Assembly (NCBI GenBank): GCA_016206925.1 | Contig: JACQQS010000055.1 | Span: 1-62,639, forward strand | Direction: 5' to 3' | DNA length: 62,639 bases | Source of the DNA: Candidatus Omnitrophota bacterium | GTDB taxonomy: Bacteria > Omnitrophota > Omnitrophia > Omnitrophales > JACQQS01 | Shown here: positions 8,108-18,200 of the stretch, in pieces | Layout: the number at the start of each line of letters is the position of its first letter | Position numbering within the stretch: the stretch's first letter is position 1 | Translations under genes and position numbers: made by a program | Notes under the pieces: generated by a model | What the model saw: the letters and a program-made list of their open reading frames with translations, nothing else | What the model was told of the DNA's origin: nothing | The model's database searches: none

Positions 8108-11100
8108 TTGGACAAAAAGGGAAGTACAAAGGGCTTTTCAATAGTGCATAGAGCTATCGCATGGGTTCTAACTGGGACCATGGCATTGGCGAATCCTGCG
8201 GCCTCAATTGCTTTTCCGATCGCGGGCGGCCCCTTAAGTCCGCCAACACCTGAAACCGAAGTTTCTGCGGATCAGAAGATTCTTGCCGATAAAGTGACGC
8301 CGGTTCCATCTAAAGTTGAATTCGACGCGATCTCAGACGTCATCATTAACGCGGGCAATACGGTTCTGCTTGAGTTAAAAGCCCATTCAAACGCCGGTCA
8401 TGAAGTTTCCTTTACGGCCGCTGATCTTCCGGACGGTGCAGAACTCACCGGGAACAAATTTCAATGGGCCGCCGGTCCCGGTGTGCAGGGGGAATACAAA
8501 CTCATTTTTAAAGCGACCGACGGTTCCGAATCGGCCGAACAGTCGGTAAGCTTTTATTTTGTTCCGACACCCGGATCCTCTTCTTCTAATGCCGCGAGGC
8601 CGATGATCCTTCCCGATCAAAGACCCTCGGACGGAACAGCCGCTAATTCAAAGAATTTCGTTATCGTGATACCCACCGGTTCTTCAGGAACGGGCAGTTC
8701 CGGATCGACATCTCCGCTAAAAGATACGAAGAGCGGTAATTTGAAAGAATCTGGATTTCGCGCGGATGAGGCCGCTACGGGCGGAAATGACGGCAACGTG
8801 GCTTTGGCTCCGGGTACAGAGGCTTACGGATTCGGCGGACCCGGCCTCTTTTTTCCGGATGATTCTAACGATTCAAACAATTCCGGCGGCAATGACAATT
8901 CAAATTCAAGCGACGGTTCCGGTGGCGGTGGCGATAACAGTGGTGACGCCGGCTCTGGTAGCGGCGGAGATGATACAGGGGATGATGATGGAGATGATGA
9001 TATCCTGCCGAATCCTGAACCCACCACGGACACCATAGTTCCGGTCTTTCTTGCTTCCGATCCGGTTTCCGGTTCGGAGGTAAATTCGCTTGCGCAGGTT
9101 CGATTCTTTTTCTTTGACAACATTGACCTCGACGAGAACGCGACAGCGTCGACGCTCAGCGTTACTCAAGACGGCACGCTCTTTCCTAGTTCCAGCTATT
9201 CGAAAAATTCAAGCGCCGCGAATCAAGTTTCGGTATCTATCGCAAACGTTTCAACCGAGCGGCATGTCTATCGTTTTCGTATGACTCCCGTCGATACCGC
9301 CGGAAATAGAGGCACGCAGGCGGACATTACCATTACCGATCTTGCCGATCGTGCCGATGTGCACAACACGTTTCAGGACGTCACGTTTCTAATCCAGCCG
9401 GTGTATGTGTTCGGCCGCGCTGCGGCTTTTGCAGATTACAACAACGACAACTTTGAAGATCTCTATGTCATCAATCCGCATCGACAGGATGCAAACCATT
9501 TTGGTTTGCCGGCGGCGTATGTGGGAGAAAATATGCTCCTGAAACAGCTGGCCGATCGCACGTTCGTAGATGAGGGAAACCCTTTTGACAAAAATGCCTG
9601 GATGCCCGGCCATGTCGGGAGCACACCGAACGCTGCTTCGCAACCGCAAAGCATTGCATTCGGCGATATCGACAATGACGGATTCCGCGATTTCTTTATC
9701 ACGAATAGTTCCGGTCCGAATGTTCTTAAACGGGCGGTACCTGACGAGGACAGAACATTTCTCAAGTTTGAAGATGAAAACGCTCAGCTCGAGGGCGGCA
9801 CCGATATCGGAGACTCACGCGGCGCCATTTTTGCCGATTTTAACGGGGATGGCTACGTGGATATTTACGTAGCGAACGGCGTTAACAACAACGTGCTCTA
9901 CGTAAACCGGCGCGGAGATCCGGGAAATCCTCCAAATCCAAATTCATTTGCAAATATGGCCGCTCAAGCGGGTGTTGAAGCGGCCGGAAAAAATTGCCTG
10001 AGCGCGATTGCCTTTGATGCGGATAACGACGGCGATTCGGATTTGTACCTGCTCTATCTCCACTCACCCAATGAACTTTATGTAAATGACAGCACTACTT
10101 TCACGCCGCATTTTACATTGGCCGCCGGCGTGATGAATCACAGCGGTCATTCCACTGCGGCGCAGGCAGGCGACTTGGATAACGACGGTTTCGCAGATGT
10201 TTTTGTCTGCGATCTGGAGGGCAATTCGAAACTTTACCGCAATACGACGGTTTCCACGAACAATCCAACGTTCCAAGACGTTACCGCCCCGGCGGCCGTC
10301 AACACCGTTTTGGCGGCTACGCAATCTAGGAACCGGCGCGTGAACGGCGCGGCGTTCGTTGATTTTGATAACGACAGCGACTTGGATATCTTTCTCTTGA
10401 GAGCGAACGACCACAATGTTCTTCTCAATAACCCGTTGGATCCGCCACAGGCCGCTTCGGTTGTCTTGGGAAACCGTGCATTTACCGATGCAACGTCATC
10501 GGAGCTGGTTGCGTTTCCCAATTTGAGTGAATCGGCTGCGACGGGCGATTTCAATGACGACGGGAAAAAAGATATTTTTGTCACCGCTTCTCCCAGCGCG
10601 CTTTCCGAAAGCGTCCTTTATCAAAACGTTTCACAGAATCAAAATCACTTTCTTAAAATCAAGCTCCAGCAATCTCCGCTTGCCGGCGATACCGGACCAC
10701 GCGATTCGACGGGCGCTATGGTTATTGTGGAAGCGCGCGGAGAAACCGGGAGCCCGCTTGCCGGTAGTATCGCCCGCCAAACACAGCAAGTTCTCGGAGG
10801 GAATGGGCGAGGGCAGGATTCTTCCGTTCTTCACTTCGGTATCACAAACGCCATTCAGCCGGGCGACATGAGCAGTGCAGAACTGGACATCACCGTTTTC
10901 TGGCCTAACTCGAGTCGCTCTACATTTCTAAGCAGCACGCTCGGGGATTTTGTCATCGATAGCACCGTAACGGTTACGGAGAACACGAACACGCCCAACC
11001 CATTCTTTATTGGAATTACCGAGAGCGGTGTCGATCGCAATGCCGCCATCGATACGGAATTCTTCTTTATTCTTCAGGTTGACGATCCCGATCCGGCGGT

Positions 11101-13279
11101 GGATGAGCAGAGTTTGAGAGTTACCGTATCTGATAACGTGGGTACGTCTATCGGTAATGGCAATCTTACGCAGTTGACCGGTGAACAACTCGGCAAATGG
11201 CTCTTCCGGTTTAATGTAAACCAGCCCGGCTTTTCCGTTGGTCAAGAGATTACACTTGATTTTCGCGTCACCAATCCGGCAACGCGCCGGTTTTCTGATG
11301 CTGCCTTGAGAATACACGTAGTTTCGCAGGCCGGCGCCAATGCCGTTCCGGTTATTGACGGAATTCCGGCGGGTGAGGTTAAGCTTGATTTGGCAGTCAC
11401 GAATTCAGAAATGATCGTTCCGCTCATCGTCACCGATTCCGATTCTATATTGGCTTCCGATCCGCCGCTTGCCTTGAGTGTGAATCTTGCCCTTCAAAAT
11501 GGAAATCTGCGTCCGGGCACGAGCCAGATCGAACTCTTGGGCTCCGGTAGCGTAATACTCTCAAACGACGGCAAGCAGATCATTCAAAGTATCCGCTGGC
11601 AGCCCGACCCGGGCGATCTTGTTTTGGGTCAGGAGGCGACGGGGGCTGTTTACACCGTTTCGGTAACCGTTGATGATTTCGTCGCCGGCGACGCGCGCAC
11701 TCCATTTACAAAAACGTTTAATGTGCGCGTGTCGAACCGCAGCGCCTCGAATCCTGTGCCCACGGCGTTAATTCTCAGCCCTGCGGACAACTCAACCATA
11801 AATACAAGTGACATCCTTGTAACATTCGACACGCCGGACTGGACCGTCGGCGGAAAAGGTGGGACGCACATCCATTTCCATCTTGATAATGTACCGGGTT
11901 ACAGTTTTAACGATCCTTTTATGTTCTACAACGGCAGCGACCGTATCGTGGAGTTCAATCTTGAATCCGGCCAAACCAATCATGCCACTTGGGCAACAAT
12001 CAATTCACTGGTTTTTCATAATGTGCCGGATGGTCTCCATCGGCTAAAAGCTCATCTGGCGGATGAGTTTCACAATGATTTGCAGAATTCCGAAGCCAGC
12101 ATGATCGTGACATTTGATGTGGCGGCGGGGCCGCGCTGGAATGAAAATCAACCTTCCAACGGCACGGCTGTTGTCGGCCGGCCGATAGAAATCAATTTGG
12201 CGGATGCCATTACAAGCCCGGGCCTTCATGCTTTGAATTTTAGTTTGCACGAAGTCAAAGACCCTTCCGGGCAGGATGCTATCAGGTTCCTTGATGGCAA
12301 ATATTCGATCAACGGTAATGGTCTGTTTACGTATACGCCCGGAATAGAGGAAGTGGAAGCCGGTCCGGCGCTGACCTTTTTCTTTGCCGTAGAAGACGGT
12401 ATTAATCCAATTCAAATTTCGGGTGGCACGGTTATCACTATTCAACATGAGCTCGCATGGAATATGCCTCTGCCGCAATCGGCGGACGTCGGCGGGCTTT
12501 ACATTATCCAATTGAATCACGGTGACGAAATCACCTATACGGGATTGACGGCCGATTTGGTTGTCACACTTGAGAGTTCGACGGCCAATGATCCGGACAG
12601 TTATGTTTTCGATCAGAATACGGACACGCTCTTCTACCGTCCCAATCCAAACGATTACGCCGCCAACGTAAGCAGCGGCACGCCGGTAAATTTCAGTTTC
12701 CGCGTCACCGATGGTGTAACGAGTCCGGTAACGGCCGGCGGAACACTGACCATTGCTGCCTTGACCGACATTTCCGGCAAGTACGGCATGGTTTTTGAAA
12801 ACCTGAACGGTTTCACGTTTGATGCCAATCAGGTTTTTGAACATGCCGTCGGCGCAGATCCGTTAAGGCCGGGCATGGAGAAATGGAAACTTGAACTTCA
12901 TTCAGACGGCGCCAGCATTGACAACGGGGCAGGACATAGTCTCGTCGGCTTTGGAGATGTAACGGGAAAGGAACTTGCATTTGACATTCGCGTTGCCGAG
13001 GCGCTCACCGGCGTTCCGATTTTGATCGGACTGAAAGACACCAGTTTAAACGAAGTAAACAACATCAATATTGAAACACATCAGGCTGTCGTGATCGAAG
13101 GCATCGTCACGGGCGATCCGGAAAGTTTGCGCAGCGACAAGTACGTTCGGGTGAGGATTGACACGAGTGCCTTCGCAGGAGTCGACCTTGCGAATTTGGA
13201 GAATTGGACCATTCGTATTCCGGACCAGGGTGCCGGTGCGGTATTTACGCTGTTCCTTGACAACATGCGGTTTGAATGA
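8108..13279 (+). CDS. Giant secreted FG-GAP/VCBS-repeat + ASPIC/UnbV (CRTAC1-like) protein with Ig-like modules and a C-terminal CBM-like domain (P1)
   Basis: 1723 aa. TTG start. Signal-peptide-like N-terminus. Ca-binding blade motifs GDIDNDGFRD, ADFNGDGYVD, FDADNDGDSD, GDLDNDGFAD, VDFDNDSDLD and GDFNDDGKKD. ASPIC-like NHFLKIKL...VLGGNGRGQDSSVLHFGI. D/G/S/N-rich linker. Ends LFLDNMRFE. Confidence 0.75.
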   Translation: MDKKGSTKGFSIVHRAIAWVLTGTMALANPAASIAFPIAGGPLSPPTPETEVSADQKILADKVTPVPSKVEFDAISDVIINAGNTVLLELKAHSNAGHEVSFTAADLPDGAELTGNKFQWAAGPGVQGEYKLIFKATDGSESAEQSVSFYFVPTPGSSSSNAARPMILPDQRPSDGTAANSKNFVIVIPTGSSGTGSSGSTSPLKDTKSGNLKESGFRADEAATGGNDGNVALAPGTEAYGFGGPGLFFPDDSNDSNNSGGNDNSNSSDGSGGGGDNSGDAGSGSGGDDTGDDDGDDDILPNPEPTTDTIVPVFLASDPVSGSEVNSLAQVRFFFFDNIDLDENATASTLSVTQDGTLFPSSSYSKNSSAANQVSVSIANVSTERHVYRFRMTPVDTAGNRGTQADITITDLADRADVHNTFQDVTFLIQPVYVFGRAAAFADYNNDNFEDLYVINPHRQDANHFGLPAAYVGENMLLKQLADRTFVDEGNPFDKNAWMPGHVGSTPNAASQPQSIAFGDIDNDGFRDFFITNSSGPNVLKRAVPDEDRTFLKFEDENAQLEGGTDIGDSRGAIFADFNGDGYVDIYVANGVNNNVLYVNRRGDPGNPPNPNSFANMAAQAGVEAAGKNCLSAIAFDADNDGDSDLYLLYLHSPNELYVNDSTTFTPHFTLAAGVMNHSGHSTAAQAGDLDNDGFADVFVCDLEGNSKLYRNTTVSTNNPTFQDVTAPAAVNTVLAATQSRNRRVNGAAFVDFDNDSDLDIFLLRANDHNVLLNNPLDPPQAASVVLGNRAFTDATSSELVAFPNLSESAATGDFNDDGKKDIFVTASPSALSESVLYQNVSQNQNHFLKIKLQQSPLAGDTGPRDSTGAMVIVEARGETGSPLAGSIARQTQQVLGGNGRGQDSSVLHFGITNAIQPGDMSSAELDITVFWPNSSRSTFLSSTLGDFVIDSTVTVTENTNTPNPFFIGITESGVDRNAAIDTEFFFILQVDDPDPAVDEQSLRVTVSDNVGTSIGNGNLTQLTGEQLGKWLFRFNVNQPGFSVGQEITLDFRVTNPATRRFSDAALRIHVVSQAGANAVPVIDGIPAGEVKLDLAVTNSEMIVPLIVTDSDSILASDPPLALSVNLALQNGNLRPGTSQIELLGSGSVILSNDGKQIIQSIRWQPDPGDLVLGQEATGAVYTVSVTVDDFVAGDARTPFTKTFNVRVSNRSASNPVPTALILSPADNSTINTSDILVTFDTPDWTVGGKGGTHIHFHLDNVPGYSFNDPFMFYNGSDRIVEFNLESGQTNHATWATINSLVFHNVPDGLHRLKAHLADEFHNDLQNSEASMIVTFDVAAGPRWNENQPSNGTAVVGRPIEINLADAITSPGLHALNFSLHEVKDPSGQDAIRFLDGKYSINGNGLFTYTPGIEEVEAGPALTFFFAVEDGINPIQISGGTVITIQHELAWNMPLPQSADVGGLYIIQLNHGDEITYTGLTADLVVTLESSTANDPDSYVFDQNTDTLFYRPNPNDYAANVSSGTPVNFSFRVTDGVTSPVTAGGTLTIAALTDISGKYGMVFENLNGFTFDANQVFEHAVGADPLRPGMEKWKLELHSDGASIDNGAGHSLVGFGDVTGKELAFDIRVAEALTGVPILIGLKDTSLNEVNNINIETHQAVVIEGIVTGDPESLRSDKYVRVRIDTSAFAGVDLANLENWTIRIPDQGAGAVFTLFLDNMRFE

Positions 13280-13706
13280 CGTGTCGCTTCGCCGCGCCGA
13301 CCGCGCGGTGCCGCTGGTCCAAGCGCCCGACCGGCGCTCGATCAAGCGGCGGAATTAGGCGAGCGGCGAATGAGGGCTGACGGTGACAGAAGGCTTTTGC
13401 CCTTTTCTGCCTTTCGTGTCCTGTTAGAGTCCTTTGTTTCGAAAGAAATTGAGGATTAAACGCTCCCCCGCGCAATGCGGGTCCCCTCGTCGCCGTTTGC
13501 TTAATTCCGAAGCGATTTGCTCGCTGCAGTGAAAAAAATACGCAGTGGCAAAATCTGCTGATTATTTGTGTCTGCAAATACATTTGGCAGAAAAGAATTA
13601 AGTCAGCTTATAAAGTATTTAGTACTATTTATCGGACTGCATTGACTTAGCCGAAGCCGTGTAGTACCTTATAAAACGTAGCGCGAAACTGGAGATTTTA
13701 AAATCG

Positions 13707-13755
13707 CTTGAGCTTGGCTGAAAGCTAAGCTCAAGATTTCTTTTTCTTCTTTGTT
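13707..13755 (+). terminator. Rho-independent terminator-like hairpin + T-tract
   Basis: cttgagcttggc (13707..13718) pairs with gctaagctcaag (13724..13735), 12 bp with one G.U, followed by tttctttttcttctttgtttc. Confidence 0.5.
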
Positions 13756-13898
13756 TCGGATTATTAAATCTTTCTTAATAGCTGAATCAGGATGATAAGG
13801 CATGGGATTTTGTAATCGTTTGTAATCGCTGGAAAATAAGATAATTGAAGTTGGAAACGACTTCAAAATTGTTAGAAAGTAAATGGGAGGTAATGAAC

Positions 13899-14852
13899 AT
13901 GCTAAAACGAATGATTGCAGTAACGCTTGCGAGCGGTTTGGTTTTCTTGAACATTCCGCTTGCATTTGCAGCAACATCACTAGAAGTGTTTTCTATTCCT
14001 TTAACAGGCGGAGGCGTTTTGGAGCTGTCTGGTACGAACGACATTGATGTCACGCTTGTTGACAATGAAGAGTCAGGAATCGCTGATGGACAGATGGAGT
14101 TTCCTGTTACGGGTACCAATTTTGTACCTGAAGGCGACGAACTCCTGCGGGTGAGGTTTAAAGCAAATAACAACAATCTAGGCGTGGAAAACTTTAAGTC
14201 TGTTTTGATTTACACGGACAACAAGAGTGCGACTGCGAATCCAAGGGCGAGTACAGATAATCACTTTCCTGCGGGTCTAGTGAGAAGTGATGCCGATGCC
14301 ACACTCGACGGTGATGTTAGCACGCCGCTTCACTGGGTTGTGTTTCCTACGTCAGCGGAGGCAAAGGCGTATAACTTTTTGCCTTATCGACACGGTGTGG
14401 ATCCTTTTCCTGTCAAACGTGATAAGAGCGAGAGTATCGACTCGCGGATTCAGGCTTTTGTGAGCGATAAATCAGGGAATTTGAAAGTTGATGGTAGCCC
14501 TGACTTACAGGATTGCGATGCTGATCCTAATACTCCATCCACCGTATTTTGCCAGAATTTCGCGACGGTCATCTCCGGCCTTACAGGTGTGACCGCCGGA
14601 TTGGCTAATGTTCCGAAAGCTGACAACTGCGCAGAATCCGATCCCAGACTTTGCGGAAATAGCGATGATCCAAACACACCTGCGGTAGAGACGTTTCCGG
14701 CAAGATTGATTACATCGGATATTTCAGCCGATGACCTTGAAGGCGATGGTTTCGGAGAAGCTTATATCTTGCTGGCCGCAAATTTTAACGGAAAGCCTGC
14801 AGGAACTTATACAACCAACAAACTCACAATCGAATTGGTTCAGGGAGTTTAA
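13899..14852 (+). CDS. Small secreted protein S1, homologous to the C-terminal domain of giant protein P2
   Basis: Start chosen at ATG 13899 (gggagg 8 nt upstream). Signal peptide MLKRMIAVTLASGLVFLNIPLAFA. Mature N-terminus ATSLEVFSI. The tail AYILLAANFNGKPAGTYTTNKLTIELVQGV parallels the P2 tail. Confidence 0.6.
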   Translation: MLKRMIAVTLASGLVFLNIPLAFAATSLEVFSIPLTGGGVLELSGTNDIDVTLVDNEESGIADGQMEFPVTGTNFVPEGDELLRVRFKANNNNLGVENFKSVLIYTDNKSATANPRASTDNHFPAGLVRSDADATLDGDVSTPLHWVVFPTSAEAKAYNFLPYRHGVDPFPVKRDKSESIDSRIQAFVSDKSGNLKVDGSPDLQDCDADPNTPSTVFCQNFATVISGLTGVTAGLANVPKADNCAESDPRLCGNSDDPNTPAVETFPARLITSDISADDLEGDGFGEAYILLAANFNGKPAGTYTTNKLTIELVQGV

Positions 14853-14915
14853 AAACCGAATCTTACAATTCGGTGCTTGTTGGCACGGCAGGGAATTGCT
14901 GTAATCATTCGTGAA

Positions 14916-14970
14916 CGGGTTGTCCGTGCATGTTGCTGATGGACAACCCGCCTCCTTTTGTGGAGGTTTT
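14916..14970 (+). terminator. Tandem hairpins ending in a T-run (terminator after S1)
   Basis: cgggttgtcc / ggacaacccg forms a perfect 10-bp stem (14916..14950). It is followed by cctcc ttttgt ggagg tttt (14951..14970). Confidence 0.55.
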
Positions 14971-15250
14971 GGTTGCAGCCGAATGCAGTTCGAGCGACGG
15001 ATATCATTATTATTTGGCTGATTTAGATTTCAGGAACTGCTGGAGATTAAAGGATCGCGGGGCTCTTGTTCTTAAAGCATATCCTCCCTCGTAAGAGCCT
15101 TCATTAAGCTAAGTAACCAAATGTTTCATGTAATACAATGACATGAGAAGAAAGCTTATTCCTATGGCGATTTAATCTCCAAGTAATAATAGGGACCAGG
15201 GAAATCCACGTGGAGAAGTTTATCGTCAAAGGCGAAGGGATGGGGCTTAC

Positions 15251-18200
15251 TTGAAGCCAAGACAATACGGCAGAAACACATGGGCACATAGCGCGTTAAC
15301 CGTTTTGTTGGTGACCAATCTTTCTTTTTGGCCACCCGCGTTGGTGGAAGCTTTTTCCATCGGGCCATTTCGATTTGGTGCTTCTGAACCATCCGCTCAG
15401 AAAGAAGCTTTCGATTTTTCCAATCCTCCTGAGAGTGTAACCTCTCATCTTAAATTTAAACCTGTTTCGGACGCTTTAATTAGCTCTGGAAATCTGGTCG
15501 AATTCAAGCTCCAGGCAATTTCTCCTGCCGCGAACCCAGTGCATTTTGAAATTGAAGAACTGCCGGACGGCGCATTTTTGATCGACGGCCAGTTTCGCTG
15601 GCAGCCTCCGGGTGATTGGGTGGGTGAGAAGAAGCTAACTTTTCGTGCGACAGATGGTGTTGAGACCGTTGAACAGGTTATAACACTTTTTTTTCTCCCT
15701 CCTTCGAAGTTTCCTGCAGAGCAAGCTTGGCCGGGCGAAGATGACACGCGGCAAGGTGGCAGACGTTCCGCACTGGTTCTCCCAGATGAGAAAGGTTGGA
15801 TTGTTGTTATTCCGTCGTCAACGCAAAAGGTGGTTTCCAAGAAAGCAACTGAGCGTCTCGACCAGCATGGTGAGCAAGGCGAAGGTGAATTTCGTCTGGG
15901 CGAAGAGAGCGATCTCAGCACGAGCGGTCAGGGAGCCAGTGGGGATGATCTGATTGTGGTTTACGACCCGTTTTTTTCGAGGCCTATTCTTGGTGGAACT
16001 ACACCAAAGAATGCGACCCCTGCGGATGGGAAAACGGGCGGAACCGGCGGGCCGGACGGTACGGGAGATGAAGGGGAAGGAGATGAAGAACCTCAGCCGT
16101 CGAATCCTGGTGAGGAACAAGATTTTAATCTGGGCATACGGTTTTTCGACCATACCGGTGGTAGAAACGGTTTGGTGCCATCGTTCAATCCGGTTACGCA
16201 TCACACATTTCAAAGCGTGAATATTTTTGCGGGAGTCGGAAATGTTTTTGGCCGTGCCGCCGCTTTCGGAGATCTTCAAGGCCATAACGATGCCGATTCC
16301 TCGAGAAACCTCCAAGATATTTATGTGGCCAATCCCTATCGTCAAATTGATTTGAGCGGCTTTAGCCCGCCGCCAGCAGCTAGAAATACCTTTTTGGTTA
16401 ATAATGCAGAATCTGTCGGCGAGATTACGTTTCGAGACCGCACGATTGCTCTGAATGCCGAAATGAACCAGCCGCCCTCCGAATTGGACCGTCCCCAAGC
16501 CGTTCTTTTCGGTGATTTGGACGGTGATGGCTTGAGAGATGTTTTCATCCCCAACCTCGGGCGGCCGAACATCCTATTGAAGAGTCAAGGGGCGAACTTG
16601 CCATTTCTGGATATCTCCAGCGCATCGGCCGTGAATGAATCAAGCGAAGCGCGAGCAGCGGTTCTGGCCGATTTTAATTTAGACGGCGCCCTCGACGTTT
16701 ATGTGGCAAACGGTTCGAGTCCGAGCCGGCTTTACATGAATCTTGGAAACGGAACATTTTTTGACGCGGCCGGATTGCTCGGCCTTCAAGGTACAGGCCG
16801 CAGCGTGGGCGTGGTTGCATTCGATGCGGATAACGACGGCGACTCTGAAATTTATCTCTTGAACTTTTCAGGTTCGAACCATCTCTACAAAAATTTGTTG
16901 CAAGAAACGGCTGTCTTGAGTTTTACCGAAGTGGGCGGTTCAGCGGGCCTGGCCTTGGCAGGGGCGCCTTCCGGCGCGGAAATCGGCGATCTTGATAACG
17001 ATGGCGACTATGATTTATTTATCTCAGATCTTGCCGCAGGAGGCGCAAGGCTTCTTCGAAATGATTCGTCGGCGGGGAATATTCTCTTCACGGACCAGAC
17101 CTCCAAACTGAACTCAGCATTAGGTGGCGCCTCCCTTCCGGCGACAACCGGTTGTGCGTTTCTCGATATTGATAACCAGGGATTGCTGGATGTTTACGCC
17201 ATCACAGAGAACGATGAAAACATTATGCTCGGCAACCAAGGTGGCTTTAATTTTTCCGACATTACAGCAGCGGAGGTTGTGGCATTTCCGCTTTTTGCCG
17301 ACAGCGTTGCGACAGGAGATTACAACCATGACCATAGAACCGACATTTTTATTTCTTCTACGCCGTCGCTTCTCTACAAAAACATTTCCTCGCATAGCAA
17401 CCATTATCTCGAGGTTGTTTTAAAGCCCACGTCTGTTGAGACCAATGCGGATGGTATCGGTGCCCGTGTGGAGGTAACGCGTTCGGACAGTATAAAACTC
17501 ACGCAACAAGTTATCGGAGGAACAGGCCGTTCGCAAGATTCGACCACGCTTCTTTTTGGGATGGGTAATAACACGCGCGCGGAAAGCATCAAAGTTTTTT
17601 GGCCCGATGCGCTGGGAAGGTCCACGGTTCTTATGGACAGCGATCCGGAAGTTGATCTTCACGCGGACCAAACGCTTGTAATAACCGGCAATGCCGCGCC
17701 GGAAATCATGGTGCTCTCGGACCATTTCGAAGCGCCGGCCGGAATGGCTTCATCGTTTGAACTTGCCACAAAGGATGTTAACGGAAATCCCGTCGCACTT
17801 ACCTTTGCGGTGCTCGGTGGCCCGCTCAATTCGAGCAATGCCTCCGTTCATAAGATTGTGAGCGACGGAATAAACACAACGTGGCGATTTACGTTTACGC
17901 CGCATGAAGCTGGGGAAGTCATTCTGCGATTCTTTGCCGACGATGGACTGGCGCCGGCGTCCGGGACGAAAGATATTACCGTTACCGTACTGAGCCAGGC
18001 TGTTTTTAACCATCCGCCTTTCTTTGCCGATCCTTTGCCAGAAAGTGTTTCCGTTCTGGCAGGCAAGGTGATGAATGAAATCGAAATCCTTGCGCGCGAC
18101 TCGGACAATATTTCCGCGGGCATTCTGAATGCTTTGGTCACTGTGAATCCAGCTCTTCCGGTGGGTACACGACCAGCCCTTCTGGATTTAAACAATCCCG

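Noticed and set aside
8830-9010. Repetitive-looking DNA (gat/ggc/agc/aat-rich) was considered as a tandem repeat or array.
   Set aside because: It is in frame within P1 and encodes a D/G/S/N low-complexity linker. It has no regular period and no spacer-repeat organisation.
12044-12844. 266-aa antisense ORF inside P1. Similar long antisense ORFs occur at 1428..2318, 15818..16498, 48921..49625 and 60736..61308.
   Set aside because: All lie entirely within well-supported sense genes, have no recognisable motifs or RBS, and have composition typical of antisense frames in coding DNA.
13245-14176. Three minus-strand ORFs (13245..13583, 13669..13980, 13787..14176) in or around the P1-S1 spacer.
   Set aside because: They have no RBS and low-complexity or odd composition. 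Two overlap the S1 start region or the + strand terminator. None resembles a known family.
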